This document shows positions 48,751-63,732 of a DNA stretch of 64,000 nt, piece after piece. The notes under the pieces are model-generated. The model was not told the origin of the DNA and searched no databases. It saw only the letters and a list, made by a program, of their open reading frames with translations. The stretch comes from Azolla caroliniana (lineage: Eukaryota > Plantae > Polypodiophyta): positions 19,592,001 to 19,656,000 of the forward strand of contig JBHGNT010000003.1 in the NCBI GenBank assembly GCA_043228905.1, read 5' to 3'. The translations under genes were made by a program, and so were the position numbers. Each line of letters begins with the position of its first letter. Position 1 is the stretch's first letter.

Positions 48751-51140
48751 CCGCATCGATAAGCGACCGATTCTTCCTCTCGGCAACACCGTTCTGTTGC
48801 GGTGTGTATCTGCAGCTGAACTCTCACCGAATTCCCGTTTGCTGCAGATAACTGTTGAATTGGCCGGAAAAGTATTCTTTCCCGCCATCCGACCGCAGAC
48901 ATTTGATCTTCCTCTCCAATTCCCGTTCCACCATGCTTTGGAGACTCCAGAAACACTCGAAGACTTCACTCTTCCGCTCAATGAGGTAGATCCATGTGTG
49001 CCGCGTATAGTTGTCGATGAAGAAGACGAAATATCGACTCCAGCCCAAACTAACATTCTGTGTCGGTCCCCACACATCCGAATGGATTAGTTCAAGCTTG
49101 CTACGGCTCTGGTTACGTTCGGTAGGGAATGGAAGCCGGTGTTGCTTCCCAAGTTGGCAGGCTTCACATACTTGCGCCTTCCGGCCGCTGAACTTCGGCA
49201 AACCAAAAACAACTTGTTTCGTTTGCAGGTCATGAAGCCTCCGGTAATTGACATGGCTTATCCGCTTGTGCCACAGGTCGATGTCCAATTCGACCTTCTA
49301 TCCATTTGCAAACAGAGCGGTGCCAATGTCATTGGTGTTGAGGATAAACATCCTCTCGTCTCTGCGCCCTTGCACAATAATCTGGCCCTCTTCCTCGATG
49401 AAGCACCCAAGGTGCGTAAACCGCACCTGCATCCCTTGGTCGACGATCTGTCCGACCGACACCAGGTTCTTCGTGATTGTCGGAACATGTAATACATTCA
49501 TCAGCTTCCCCTTCTGTCCGACGTGGCTCAAAGGGACTTCTCCAACGTGCACGATTGGGTAAGGAGTGTCGTCTCCGGTTTCGACTACTCCTGGTTGATC
49601 CGGTTTCTCCAAAAAGGAGAACCACTCTTTGTGGCTCGTCATGTGGTTCGACGCACCAGAATCAACATACCACACTTCCTCTGATTTGGAAGTAGTCTTC
49701 TTCATCGAGTTCACCTCGTGCTTCATCACCAAGGCTAGCCCGTTACCGTTCTTGGATCCTCCTGATCCCTTCGCGTAGTGCGAGCTTTGCCGGCCATCCT
49801 TGCCGGCCTTGCCAGATCCGAATTGGTCCGAATCGGTGCGCTTTCTCCAGCATTCGCTTTCTCTGTGGCCCTTTTTGCCACAGTACCAGCACTCCGTTGC
49901 TGACTTCTCTTGCCGTCTTCCTGTGTCGCCATGACTCCCCCTGCCTGTGGGAGTCCCAGAACTACTGTCGACACGTTCTATGTGCCTTCATTCTTGCTCT
50001 TGTCGGCCGCCTCCATTGCGTGCCGACCCACCTCGTCCACCACGCCCACGGGACCGATCCGCCTCCGTGTACAGCATCCGGCTGTCAGTGGGTGCGCTAG
50101 TTGACGCACCGGCGTGGTTCTCCTCTACAAGGAGCATCGACTATAAGTCGAAAAATGACGCCAAGCCCCCAAGACAGACCTGTACCATCTCGTCTTCCTC
50201 TACGGTAACGTTGATAGAGGCAAGCGAGTCATAGATCTCTTTGATCCGGGCCATGTAATCCGCCACCGACATGTCCTTCTGTCAGACATTGCTCAACTCC
50301 TGTCGGAGTTGCAGCTTCCAAGTTGTAGTGCTTACGGCGAAAACCTTCTTTAGGTTCCCCCAAGCCTCCTTCGGCGTCTTGGCGTCTCGGATGTGGCTCA
50401 GCAGCTGGTCTCCGACACTGGACGCAAAGTAGTACATCACTCTGCTTGCTGATTGTTCCCACACTGGGAAGTCCTTATGTGCCGCATCAAGTGTTGTTTC
50501 GTTGGCTCCTTCGACGAAACTCCAGTAGTCATGCCCAAGCAAGTACTGGTGCATCTTATACGACCAAGATGCATAGTTGGATCTATCGAGTTTCTCCACA
50601 GGGAGCGAGCTAGCCATCCCTCTATCTATCACTTCTCTTTCTGTTGTTTTATGACCTGTTAGGGTTTGCTTTCAAGCGTTTGTCGACTGCAAAGGAGGTT
50701 CTCAACCCTCACGCTCTGATACCATGTCAAGGATTACTTGCGGAAGCGTTAGAAAACAGAGAAAGTGGGGAATAGACAGAGTAAACGGGAGAGACAGAGA
50801 GAGAGCAGAAGATAAAAACTATATTCAAAACGATATAATCACTCTATATCTTACAACTATGCTCAGTAGCACTATTTATACAAGTCCTCATGGGACTGAC
50901 AAAAGTACCGCGTACTTCAATGCTCACACGAGCTTCTGACACTTATTACGAAACTATAATTGCCTAGTAGTCTAAACTAATACTAGGCTTCCAGTTACCG
51001 ATTGGATCCGGCTAACCGGCTCCGCAGCTCACCGGTTGTGTTGCTTGCTGGCTCGGTTGCTCACGGCTTACCGATCCATCTCGCTTGCCGGCTCAGGCTT
51101 ATTCAGCCAATCCGGCTCCAGTTGAGCTTGCCGCTCAACA
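48751..51140 (-). mobile_element. Degenerate Ty1/copia, 5' half (LTR 50725-51140, PBS, gag, PR, INT)
   Basis: TGGTATCAGAGC at 50713-50724; EKLDRSNYASW, WYVDSGASNHM, LWHKRISH, HSDVWGP, LRSDGGKEY, TPQQNGVAERKN. Confidence 0.93.
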
Positions 51141-51800
51141 GTGCCCATCAATATTATAATATGTAGTTGGTGCCAAATAAACCCATAATTGGGTAGGCTA
51201 TGTAGTCATCATCAGACTTCAACAAACTCCAAAATTCCCCAAGATCTAGCCTCAACATCTCCCACTTCTTCGACCAACAAATAATACATGCAATTAAACT
51301 AGAGTGCAATCTCTCCTTTCTAGGCCAACATAATAACCTTTTTGAAAAGAATTACAATGCTCTCTACTATATGATGGCGCCCTTATAAATAAGGGGAATG
51401 CTTAATTCATAAGATGACCAAGCATTAAACATGTGAAGAATGAGGAATTTTTAGTGGAATACTTCTATTTAGTAATTGCACCCACAATGTCTTAATCATT
51501 GTCCTCCCATATGTCATATTCCCATGCTCAATGAAATATTGAACAATATATATCCGTCGTTGTTAGAGTGTAAACACATGGCATGCAATAACGAAAATAT
51601 GTTAGCCATGATATTGTGGTGTCCCTTGGATATTTATGTTCATTTCACAATATACATAGATAATTCTAATATTGCTAGCCACAACGCAACCCTGTGACAT
51701 TGGCTAACTAGAGCCAAAAGAATTCATAGAAGTGGATACCACCATTGTAACTACGCGTTGTCATGATGTGACATGTGTGAGGAGAAAAGTGTGAAAACGT

Positions 51801-52959
51801 TGTTGCCGAATACTGCGCTTGCATGTCGGATCCAGGCAGGACCACCGGGGTCATGGACTAGGAGGGGAGGAGTTTCGGGAAGGCCGAATCCTCCGGAGCC
51901 TACCGCGTTGCCAGTCGGATCGGTTCCGGATGGTGTTTGGGGAAGAGCGACGCGGACGGTTCCAGATGCGTTCTGGGAGCGACCCGGACTCTCGAAGGAA
52001 GAGAGCGTGTGTGCGCGTACACACGCAGCCCTCCTGCCCGTATGTACAAGGGCCTCAAAAGAAGTATGAGCCACGGTCTGGTTAACCGCTCCCGCACACA
52101 TGCACACACACATATACACACATTGATTACAATTGGCACACCAAACCAGCACCCAGCACGCACACATCCACACTTAGGCACCGGAGACGCCTAAGCTAAC
52201 TCCCAAAACACACCCTTATATATATAGACATGGATATGTGTATGTACATAGCACGTTGCAACGCCTACTAAGCCGGTTTCACCACAAACACAAAGAGGGC
52301 GCCTACATCCTAGAACCAGTCGGGAGCTCACGGGCTCACAGCATGACTAGAGTCTCGTGCAGGGCACACCTCTTCCGGAACAACAATCTTCTATCGCCAA
52401 GCTGTCATTCGGGGAGCACTCAGGCTCGCCTACGTGAGTGGGGATCTTGCACAAGAGAGAGAGAGAGAGAGAGAGAGCTAAGAACCAATGCCTTCGAGCG
52501 CTTAGGCTCGTCACGAACAGCAACAATGTAGAGACAATAGAAACCCTAACAGAGAACAGAGACAGAACAGAACAAACAAGAGGGAACCCAACTCTAGCCT
52601 CACAACACGAAGCTTAGTGTACAAGATAAAACCCTAGACGAACAAAATGGAAACAAGCTCTATTATGAAGGAACCCAAAAATGGAACCCACTAAAGGGGA
52701 CCTATGGAACCTTAAAATGAGGAACCCCTTTTACAAAGGACGCTCCATTCCTTTTATAGAACAAGGAGAGGGATGCGTAACAATGTGGGATAAATCCCGT
52801 TGTACATGGGATCCTCTATCCCGAATTAACTCTTGTTCGGCGCCATAAAGCAACCCCTATTATTTTGCACGTATACACAAGGGTGGTTGCCCACGCTGCA
52901 CCCCGCCAATGTTCCTATTATTCCCGGTTTTCTTGCTAAGGCCGGGAATCTCCACAACA
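51801..52959 (-). mobile_element. Solo LTR (1159 bp) with 4-bp TSD ACGT
   Basis: TGTTG...CAACA flanked by ACGT; TATA near 52217-52227 and CT-rich tract on the minus strand. Confidence 0.75.
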
Positions 52960-55012
52960 ACGTTTTATGCTAGGTCAAGCTTTTGGTTGAAGTTCTCACG
53001 AAAGAAAAAGTAAAAAGAATAATATTAAAATATAAGAGTGTAGTTAACCAATGAAACAATAGGGAAAGGGTCATGGTGGACATAAAAATTGCCAAAACCA
53101 AGTTGTTCATTGTAGACAAAGACCTACCATGTTGAAACTCAAATATTACTCTCTTCTTACCCTATATAAAAAGCCTCACATGTCTTATAATTTGGGATTA
53201 CTTTGATTCAATTAACCTAAAAAATGGTGTAAATTAGTCAGATTTATTACTACAAATCTCCTTATAATCTATTCATTGTCGTTAATCAATTTACTATCAA
53301 AATTATTTGTATATAAGATGATCTACACTAAAAGATAAAAGTGAAAAAGAAATGGAGAGTTAAAACCCTTGTAAAATCGTTACAAGATTGAGACTAAAAA
53401 AGTTCATGGCACAACTCTCTACGAGTGAAACAACCTGTTTTTCCATTAAAATTGCAAAGTTGATCTTTTATGTAGGCGAACAAGCTACCCTTCCTTGACA
53501 ATCGCTCACTATAAAGGACGTGCTTTTTATGGTTCTCTAGAACATAACATGTGTGTCCTTGCAAAACTTACAAAGATGTTTCTGTGTGTACCCAAGTGGA
53601 CTACTCAACTCCTATTATTCAAATTTAAATTTGGCCGAAGTCATTGCATTGCCAAAGGTTTCTCTACTTTCCCATTTTGTGCGTGCCAATGAGAGTGAAC
53701 TTGAATTCAACAAAAACGAGAATATATGGTGTATATTATATTTCATGTGTGATGGGATTTGAACATTCATCCCTGAATTGTGTGAATACGTTGCCTTGTT
53801 ATTCGGCAACAAGGTCGACCCTTGTGCACAACGCATACACAATTGTTGCAAGCCTATCGTGTCGTGACTACACACCATAGTAAATCCTTCGTGGTTACTT
53901 CATCACAATAGAACCCAAAGAATTCTCTTGCATAGAGCCAACATGGTAGAATACAAAGAGTTCTATCACAGGATCTTGAGACCAAACACAAAGGGTTGAG
54001 CTTTGATGCAAGTGCTTTTGTTGTTGCGTGGGACGAGGAGGTCGACACTTGGCCTTCCATGCACGTCCCCTACCTAAGCCAATTCACTACCTAACCCTAG
54101 GTTTTGTTCAAATTTGATCCACCCAATGTTGAGCCTAGGGTTCTCAATGTTTCATCCTCCATTTTTGGACCCAATTCCCCTTACACAAAGAATAAAATTT
54201 ATCAACGCCCAAGGATGTACTTCATGTTCCCAAAACAACCCTAATTTCAACAATATATCTAATTTCTACCATTTTTGCAGTTTAGTCTTTCTTTGGATTG
54301 AGTTTGTCATTGTAACATTTTGTCGTGTGCTCTAAACTAAACATCTTTTATTGTGATGTTGCAAAAGGTTTGTGACTGCACCCTGAGTTCATCAATCTTA
54401 ATATCAATGTCACTACATAGGACCGTTGTTGCATGTTTGCAAGCTAAAGCTAGTCACTTGATATTTGGAGCACCTAAGTCATAGATTCTCTTTCTTTGCA
54501 AAATGCTTGAGAATCCTCAAAATTTTCTATGATGCTTGTAAGGCTTTGTTTAACAAGTTTGCTTAGTTAATGACCAGCAACCATGTGCTCAAATTCAAAT
54601 TTCATTCGCCTCAATATTTTGTAGAGCTCATTCATAGTCAAAAGGGCTTGGTTTGTGGTCTTGAACACCTATTTACACCACTTATTTAAGTTTGCACTCT
54701 AGAACGGTGGTCACAACCACCATCCCATGATAGGAGTTCTAGAATTAGGTCTCAACTTCTCCCCCATGTTTTACAAGCGCTCTAGGGGGAGCAGGCTCAC
54801 TTCATACTCTTTTCACATCTCATTGTCATATGTACACACATCGGATGCATGGAACCACTTGGGTTCTAGCCCAAGAGATAGATGAGATGGACAATTTTCA
54901 AGAAGAATTTGTCTAAGAGAAAGAGATATGGAATATTAGGACAAGGCGAGTAGGACAAACTAGACAAATGTTTAAAATTTAGACCGTTATGTACAAAGAA
55001 GATTATAACGTT

Positions 55013-57302
55013 TTTTTTTTTTTTTTTTCCAAAAAAAACACTACTTCCCATTAGTTAGCAAAAGAATTACATCGAAGAACAGCCATAATCAAAACAGCAT
55101 AATCCTCACCTAACTATTTACAACAAGAGTAACCCACTGCCTCTTTTTACATAGTGACCACCATGGTGACCACATATTCACAACGAAGCCAATGGCGGAA
55201 ACAGCCATCTTGGTGCTTGGTAATTCCATTTAGGACCAGACGCTGAATTAACCATCATAGGAGAGCGACCCCATTTCAACAAAAACTTTGAGCGAGCCCT
55301 GTCTGCTGCATCCGAGTTCCCTTCAATTGAGTTGTACTGTCCGCGCAGCCAAGATACCAGCTCGAACCAAATGTTTAGCAACACCTCACCGCTTGGGAGT
55401 TTTCGTTGCTGAAAAACAAACATACATCGTCTGGTCCAAATGTGCCAGACCGAGAAGCATGCCACCAACATCCATATCTCCTCAAAAAAACCAGAGTTTG
55501 TACCAGGTTCTACTCCAACACTTTTGAATACACTGCCGCCCTGCAATATAAAACCATGACCATGTGGATTTAATTGTTCCGCCCAACCTTCCTTAGTTAG
55601 TTTCAAACCCTGTAAGGACCCCCACACAACTCTCCCATTCACCCCGCATGCTGCCACTATCCTGAGACTTCGACCCCAAATGCTGATTGCCTCTGCACAA
55701 TTCCAAAAACAGTGAGGTATCGATTCCAAAGAGTGACCACATAACAGGCAACCAGCCTGCCCACCACGAGACCTCATCCACTCCCCTACCGGTAACGCCT
55801 TATGACTAAGAAGCCAAAACCACACCTTGATTTTTTCTGGCATATCAGATGCCCATAGTCTCCGCCAAAACGACTTCAACAAGTCATCTGATATGCCTTT
55901 ATCCCTCCAACTATTGCGAGTTTGAGCAGCACCCACTGATTTGGAGCCAATGATTTGCCTTCCGAGCTTAGTACTATAATCAAAAAACCCCACCAGTTTG
56001 TTCGTTCCCGGTTTTTGCCACCATACCTCTAGTGGATCCCACTCCAAATCATGTAGAGGCTTGTTGTCCAATAGCCATAGTTTACAATCATTATCTAGCT
56101 TCCCTGGGTCTGGGTTTAATTGCCACTTCTTACCTTCCAACACTGCCACCCGCACTGCCAACCACTGACCATTGTCGGACAAAGCACTTAGGTTTCCCCA
56201 CAAACGATATTCATTAGATGGACACTTGCCACGGATAATTTGTCCATCACTCTCACCTACAAACCACCCAGACCAGACCCCCTCTTCCTTATCCAACCTA
56301 TCTAGACCATCAACAGCCTTATTTATCAGTTGGGTCACCTTCTCAAGCCTACAAGAAATGCTACCAAACTGACCCTCCCTCCTCTTCATTTTGAAAACAT
56401 CCCACTCTCTTACTGAACTAACATTGTACCCTAACATGCGGCCCCATGGCAAATATTTTTTCTGTCCAAGCATCATGCCGTCCTCGTTTCTAATCCTAGG
56501 GTTCCAAAATAACGGTTGTCGGAGTTGTTCCTCCAATGTTTTCGGTTGCATTAAGACCAACCCATCTCTTACACTTGACCAAGCCATCATTATGGCACGG
56601 GCCACCCTGTCCTCCATGCTATTTGGTTGTTTCAGCTTTAAATCTGGACTGAACAACCACCACATCTTTGCCTTCCAAGGGCCGCCATTCCTTGGACACC
56701 AAAGGTCAGCTCTATCCCTAAGAAGCAACTTCCACAGTTCAGGACCAGGTTGTAAACTTCGCACAAGTAGCTTACCTAGTAAAGCTTTACTTTGGTGAAC
56801 TGGATCCACCAACCCAAGTCCACCTTGGTTTTTCGCCTTGATCAAACAACTCCACGCCACTTTAGCTGATGCCCTCTGATGGTCTCTACCTGACCATAGG
56901 AACCCTCTCACCATTGCCTTAATATTTTTGATGCAAGTTTGTCTAACACCCAACATGCCACCGAGTGCCACATGGTGGCTAACAAAATGTGGTTTACCAC
57001 GACCACCCTACCTGCAAGAGAGAGCTTTACTGATGCCCACACCCGAAGCTTTTTTCTGATTTTGTCTTTCACTTGCTCAAGTTGCTGATTTTTGGGTGTC
57101 TCAACGCCCACCAAAAAACCCAAATATTTAACAGCCATTCCATTGGGGACCCATTGAAAATCAACATTAGGGCACCAAAGAGGCCATGGGTTTGAACTTA
57201 CCCAAAATCCCTTGCTTTTGTTCCAATTGATTTTCCCTCCTGATGCTCTACAAAACAACTCAATTCGACTTTCAGCAAGCTGTAAATTATCATCATTGCC
57301 TT
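55013..57302 (-). mobile_element. 5'-truncated L1-clade LINE with poly(A) and 15-bp TSD
   Basis: GAAGATTATAACGTT at 54998-55012 and 57303-57317; poly(A) about 55011-55028; ORF2 end INWNKS, KYLG, GGLG, zf-RVT CLLCGH..ESIPHCFWNC. Confidence 0.95.
55178..57302 (-). pseudogene. LINE ORF2 C-terminal half, one frameshift near 56940
   Basis: ORFs 56908-57258 and 55178-56971 are consecutive parts of plant L1 ORF2. Confidence 0.9.
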
Positions 57303-59929
57303 GAAGATTATAACGTTAAGCATGAGACCTTGTTATTATAATAAAAATATATAAAGGATTAACCATAATAACAAAAGTATATAATGGATTTTCCCCTTTC
57401 TATGGTTAAATTTGATAGTAGAAATCGTTATTGTCCCCTCCCCCCAATTCACCTCATCATGGGTTGTCCTTATATAGGGTTTGCCATGCAGCTAAAGCTA
57501 AGCATAAAGTGCCACTTGGTGCACATGATTTCCGTAAGTTATTTAACATTTGACTACTATCTCCTTGGCATTTCTATTATTTCATAGTCGAAGATACAAA
57601 GCTTGAATCTTGTCCCTCAAAAATTACATTTTGTTTTGTAAAACATTGATTAATTTAAGGTATTAAGTTGTCTTTATGACGTTTTGTCCTAATTAATTTG
57701 TCTTTACATAAACCATTTAACATTTGACTACTATCTTCTTGGTGTTTCCATTATTTTCATAGTTGGAGGTACAATGCTTGAATATTGTCCTCTCAAACAC
57801 ATCATTGGACGTTTTCATCAAGTATTTAATCATTGCATTGTCTAGGTACAAGGATTTTGATTACTTTTTCATCTTCCCCCAAGAGTTCAACCAACGTTTT
57901 ATTGGGTGTAATAGGTGTGGCCATGGCCTTGGAATGCTCATGTTGCATTACAACTTCTATAGCCAAATCCTTTGTTCCATGTACCACATTGACTTCTTTA
58001 GTTATCTTGGGATCCATGTTTCCTATGGATTCTTCATTTTCTTCAAAACATCTCTAAGCTTATGTGAATTTCCTTCTTTTATCATGTCCTCTTTTAAGCC
58101 ACAACTCTTCATGGCTAGCTGAGTTGTGTGGAAGCGATGATCTTGCACTTCTCTTATTTGGAAGCTTGGTAGGCCTAGACAATGCTTGTGAGCTCACAAG
58201 TTCATCTAGAGGAAACTCAGGCTTTTGTAGTTCCCAAGTGTCTTGTATTAGTAGCACTGACTATATTTTGATACATTCTTCTTTATTTTGTGACACCTCT
58301 AGTTTCATGACGATGTGACTAGTTTGGGGTGATACTCAAAGATTGTTCTTGACAATTGTGCCAAATAAGAGGTGCCAGATTTATGTGCATAATGCCAACT
58401 GCACAAAACTAGGCCATCATCTACACTAATCGTCACAACCCTATGGCTAGCGACATGAGATTAAAGTTGTATCAGTCTCATGGTTGTAGCATCTACGAGG
58501 AGGTAGGTTATTAATGTCTAGGTAGTTTGCAAAAAACCAACTTACCACAATGTTATACCAGGAGCTACTATCGCCAGACTCATAGAGTGATCGAGATGCC
58601 TCGAAACCTTGACAAGATATCCAATCTTGTGATTAGCTATGTATCCTATTAATAAAAACTACTAGTTGAAAATTTGTTTCTACAAGCATAGGTTGTAATG
58701 TGAACTCAACTCTAATGATGTCATGTGGCATTGTTCATTTGCTTCGGAGTTGACATGATCACATTGTCACCAATTGTCCCTCTAATTGGAGCCGAAACCA
58801 CTGTTGCATACATGAGGGATGAGGTTACTGATGAGTTGAAGAGCCACCCCTTAGTTCGTGGCTCTTGGAAGTATGCATGGTGACATTGTCTCTCTAAGGG
58901 TGAGAGGGATGCATATTGTCTTGTTAGTCTATCTTTAGCTACTTGTGCCATCGAAAATTTACTTGAGTGAGCACTAAAAGTGACTCCAAGATATACATAT
59001 GATCCAACTACCTCAACTAGTCTATGAGAGTGTTAGGTGACATTTAGACGTAGCCTGAGAAGATGTGTGGAAGATAAGAACTTTAGTTTTCCCTAGATTC
59101 ACTACCAATCCTCTTTGTATGAAAAAGTAATCTAAGGCATTACGGTGCCTTAAATATAGGTCGTATTCAAACTCAACGTAAAACTATGTTGTCTGCATAG
59201 AGCAAGAGATTGACTTGTGTACCCCATAGGACTACTCTATTGCCTCCCTTACGAGTAATAAAATCAGTAATCATAATCACCAAGCCTTGTATGTTAGCGT
59301 TTTCTCTTTTTTTCCTCTTTTCGTTATACATATACTTGCATCTTTGTGTTTCTCCTAGTGCATACCAATGTTTATATTTGTGTCACTGAAACATATGGTA
59401 TGTACTTAACAAAGCTATATATTTTTGTGTTTCTAGTTTCATCACTTTGAACTCTAGGGATTCTAACTTAACTAACAATGTGTTGCTCATGAAAGTTTTA
59501 TCCTCTAGTATCTTATTTTCTGTCTCCAACTATTGCGCCTATAGTTTGTTAGTGACATACCTCCTTCTCTATGACCCATACCTACAATAGGACTCGTTCT
59601 TTGTGATGTTGGAGTACTTATAAGCTTGCAAATAAGTTGTTGTGTTTTGGAGAGATCATAGTTTAGTTGCTCACTGAACTAAGTTGGTTGACACCCTTGG
59701 AGTCAACCATCATTGATAAGTGTACCATGTTCAATGAGCACTTCATCTGGTGGTGATGGGTTGTTTTACTTCGCCTCTAACTAGTGAAGTCGATCAAAAT
59801 TTTAATGCTTTAGAACATTGTATGGAACCAACAAAGATTTCTACATGTTATGAAAGACAATATGATGTCCTTGAATATCAAATTCATAAAGTGAGGGGAC
59901 ATGTAAAATAATACATATAATTACAAATG

Positions 59930-60160
59930 ATTAAAGGTCGTGATTATTCAAAGACTACCATTATCATTCATATACTTATGAAAGGTCGTGACTCGTGACT
60001 ATTCAAAGACTCGACACTGGAATTCATATCCATAAGAAAGGTCATGACTCAACTATTTGAAGACTTGTTTTTAGCATTCATATACTTCTGAAAGGTCACG
60101 ACGCACAAGTATTCAAAGGCTTCACATTAGCATTCATATACTAATGAAACGTCGTTACCA
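59930..60160. repeat. Degenerate tandem repeat, about 50-56 bp unit
   Basis: AAAGGTC(G/A)TGA...TATTCAAAGACT...CATTCATATAC, 4-5 copies. Confidence 0.75.
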
Positions 60161-61466
60161 TTTGAAGTGTGACATAACTTGCATCTAGTTGAAAGGTCAA
60201 ACCATTCATACAAGGAGCCATTTGATTTAATAGAATCCAGTAGCAACCCCAAAATTATAATTTTCCTTTGACATTATATTTGTGTATCAATGTATTATTA
60301 TTATAATAGGCTTAATATGTTGGGCATAACATTTATACAGTCAAGAAAGGAGGCTGAATCTTGAGAACTAATGCCACTTCCCAATTTAATCAATATATAG
60401 ACGAAAGTTTTCTCCATTTTCAAGTTGTAAATGTACATTTTAATCGAGTCAAAGGAATTAGTAGGTATCAATTGCACATGTCACAATACATCAAAGTCTT
60501 ATAGATTGAAATTTAGGAAACCAATGCTCAAGAAACTAAGATTTGCATATGTTAGAATAAGATCATCTTCCTTAGAAATATAGCAATAGTGCGAAAAGTT
60601 GTTGGATATGGTCATGGATTGTTAGATACTTACTTTAGTTAAAGTTATTGGATTAGTACCTTGTGATTGCCTGAAGTTTACATGATCCTACTCATGTGAT
60701 CCCACCATATGTATTGTATGTATGTTTATCGAGGAAGCATGAGAAGATCTATCTCTTTTGAACTGAATATTTGGTATTCATTAGCTTTCATGAGAATAAG
60801 AGGTATGTATGTATGGTCTGTTGTTGGCTTGAGAGCATTTATTTGTCTCAAAAAAGTTGGTATCATAACAATTACATATGTTTGTGGCTTTTATGTTCAA
60901 AAGGGGTGAGTATTGGTTCAAGGATATGTCGTTTCAAATTACATCTTCATATTGTACACTTTTCACTAGCCTTATTTGTGATGGAAATTTCTTTTGGCAA
61001 GCAAGTGGTAGGCATGCTTCTTTTTTTTATATTTAAAAATTATTTCTCTAGAAAAAATGTTTGTTTAGACTATGAAAAAGAATCACTAACTTACAGCTTT
61101 TTAAGTAGTTGTTGGTTTCCATGGACTTATGTATATGTTTGTTGTGAATATGCTCATTAAAAAGTGGGGTCGATTCGATGTTTCGTTTTCTCAATTTCTT
61201 TTAACGACGCGTTTCCCCCCGAAGTAAACCCATTAATGATTGCTTTCCTTAGTGCTCATGTTTTATTAAATGAGTTGGGAACACTTACTAAGTGCGGTGT
61301 GGGCCCATTATTTCATTTATTTAAGTTAAATGCGCCAGGGATTCGTGATAGCATTCCCTCAAATAATTGATCACACAATAGTTATTCACACATATAATGG
61401 TTTGCATTCCATCAATTAAGAGTTGATATATGTTGAGCTATTTAATCAACCGATTTTATCAAGGTC

Positions 61467-63732
61467 ATGAGGCTAATGCAACCTACTACTACTTCATTCA
61501 TAGTTAGTGAATCAACAATGTGTATTTCTAACCAAGAGGTCGACCAAGTAGTACCACTCCCTATGAATAATTATATTAGTAAGAGTAATAATGAATACAT
61601 TAATGTGCAAACTCAAGTTCCACATGATGAGCCATCAGAAGAGGATGATGATGAACATCAACATCCGCATGAACAACTCAATTGGGGAAAAAATCGCCTT
61701 GCCCTCAAAAGTATTGATTATGATCAAAAGAATGTGAATGCATGCAATTCTAAATATCATGAGAACAATGCAATGGAAAATCATCAAGGACCATCACAGA
61801 GTAGGTGTATAAATAAGCGTATCTTGAGGCGTGTTTGTGTTTTCTGTGGTAGCCAAAGCGGGAATAAGGATGTGTATGGACTAGCGTCGATCGAATTGGG
61901 CAAAGCATTGGTATGTCAATCATGATCACGATATATACCATTATTACTTGAACAAAAATAAGTTATGTTGAAACCCTCTTCTTGCAATTGTGACTTGAGT
62001 GCAATCTAGTACATATGAAATTGAATCAAATCAATGAGAATATATACATACTAACAAGACAAGAACTTGTCCCCAATAATAAATAGCACAGTTACCAAGG
62101 TTACTTCATTTGATCTAGGCAATGTTAGATTGTCTGTCACAAACAAGAGATTGTGTCTTTCGGGTATTTGCTGCTAAGCAAGATCAAAGTTATTTTACAT
62201 GTATTTAAGGAATAGGCTTCTCTTTCCACATGACGTCTTGACAACATGTATGTGTAAATGTAAAATCAAAATGATTTATTAATAATCTCGTTATTCAAGG
62301 CTTTCTTTCTATGCAATATGCTCACTAAGGTTGAACTTATTTACGCAGGTTGAGCATAATATAGCGCTTGTGTATGGTGGAGGTAGTTGTGGACTCATGG
62401 GTATTATCTCCAAAGTTGTGCATGATGGTGGTTGTCATGTCATAGGGTATACAAGATTACAATTGACTTAACTACCCCACTTATAGTTACAAATTACAAT
62501 TTATGGATACAAATATTTAATACTAGTTTACTTTAAGACGGTGGATTATAATTTTTACAACAGCCCCAAATTCCTTCCCATTCTCTTGCATCAAATAGGG
62601 AGTTAATGACGGGAAAGAAGTTTCTAACCACGTTGACGACTCATATTTTGATTATACATCAATGAAATTTTCAAGCATATAAAATGTGTTTCATGAAAAA
62701 CAATATGAAAATGATCATCACAATAAAGTAAAATATGTTGAAATTAAAAAGTTTCATGGATAAGATTGTTGTATGTTTGATGGATGGTAGTGATTGAACA
62801 TAGAATACGAAAATAACATATTTTTCCTCATGCAGAGTCTTACCGAAGTCAATGATGTCGCATGAGGTGATATGAATAACTCACTACCAACTTTTAGAAT
62901 TGTCTACTTTTTAATCATTTTCTTATAAGGGCAATGTGATCACCAGTATAGATCTCTGGGGAGACATTTGGGGAGCTTAGAGTGGTGGATGACATGCATG
63001 CACGTAAAACTCAAATGGCACAATTGGCTGATGCTTTCATCACCCTCCCAGGTAATGAAGATGTATCGATATGATTATCTTGATCTTGGAGTAAAACCAC
63101 ACGTCTGTGTGCATGCACGAAGGGTTTTAACACAATTCTTGTGAGTCTTCATGATTGTGAAGCACTTGTTGATAATGAATAATGATGCTTTGCCAACAGA
63201 GAATATAATGAGAAACTTTAGATGTGTTATGTTTTGTTCGAGTTAATTGCTTGATGTTCAAGCTTATGGAATCAAATGCTTGATCATAAAAACTTATGTT
63301 AGCTAACGTTTTTATAGGCGGGTTTGGCACACTTGAAGAATTATTGGAGATCATCACTTGCTCACAATTAGGGATACATAATAAGCCAGTAAGTAATGAA
63401 GAGAAAAACACTTGAAACCAAAACATTTACATTGTGTGATATTAAGTATGATGTAGTCAAATATGATTATAGGTGGGTCTACTCAATGTAAATGGCTACT
63501 ATGATTCTCTGCTTAGACTATTTGACAAGTTTGTCGAGGAAGGTTTCATCACATCAATGGCACGAGAGGCGGTTATCGATGCGACAACATCAAAAGAATT
63601 GATTGCTAAAATGGAGGTATTTGCGAGAATCTTTAATGCCAAATACAATGCATCTTGATTACCATCAAACATATTATAATCTTTACACATTTTGCTTTTT
63701 CTATATAGATGTTTTGTTACAAGGAACTTTGA
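61467..63732 (+). CDS. LOG: LONELY GUY cytokinin riboside 5'-monophosphate phosphoribohydrolase; exons 61467(or 61773)-61910, 62349-62446, 62836-62866, 62952-63051, 63318-63388, 63473-63616, probable 63709-63732
   Basis: [61 protein letters not shown]; all introns GT-AG and in frame; last exon uncertain. Confidence 0.93.

Noticed and set aside
53850-54780. Possible Mutator/SWIM transposase relic (CDRTLCILPC)
   Set aside because: Too degenerate; no TIR or TSD found
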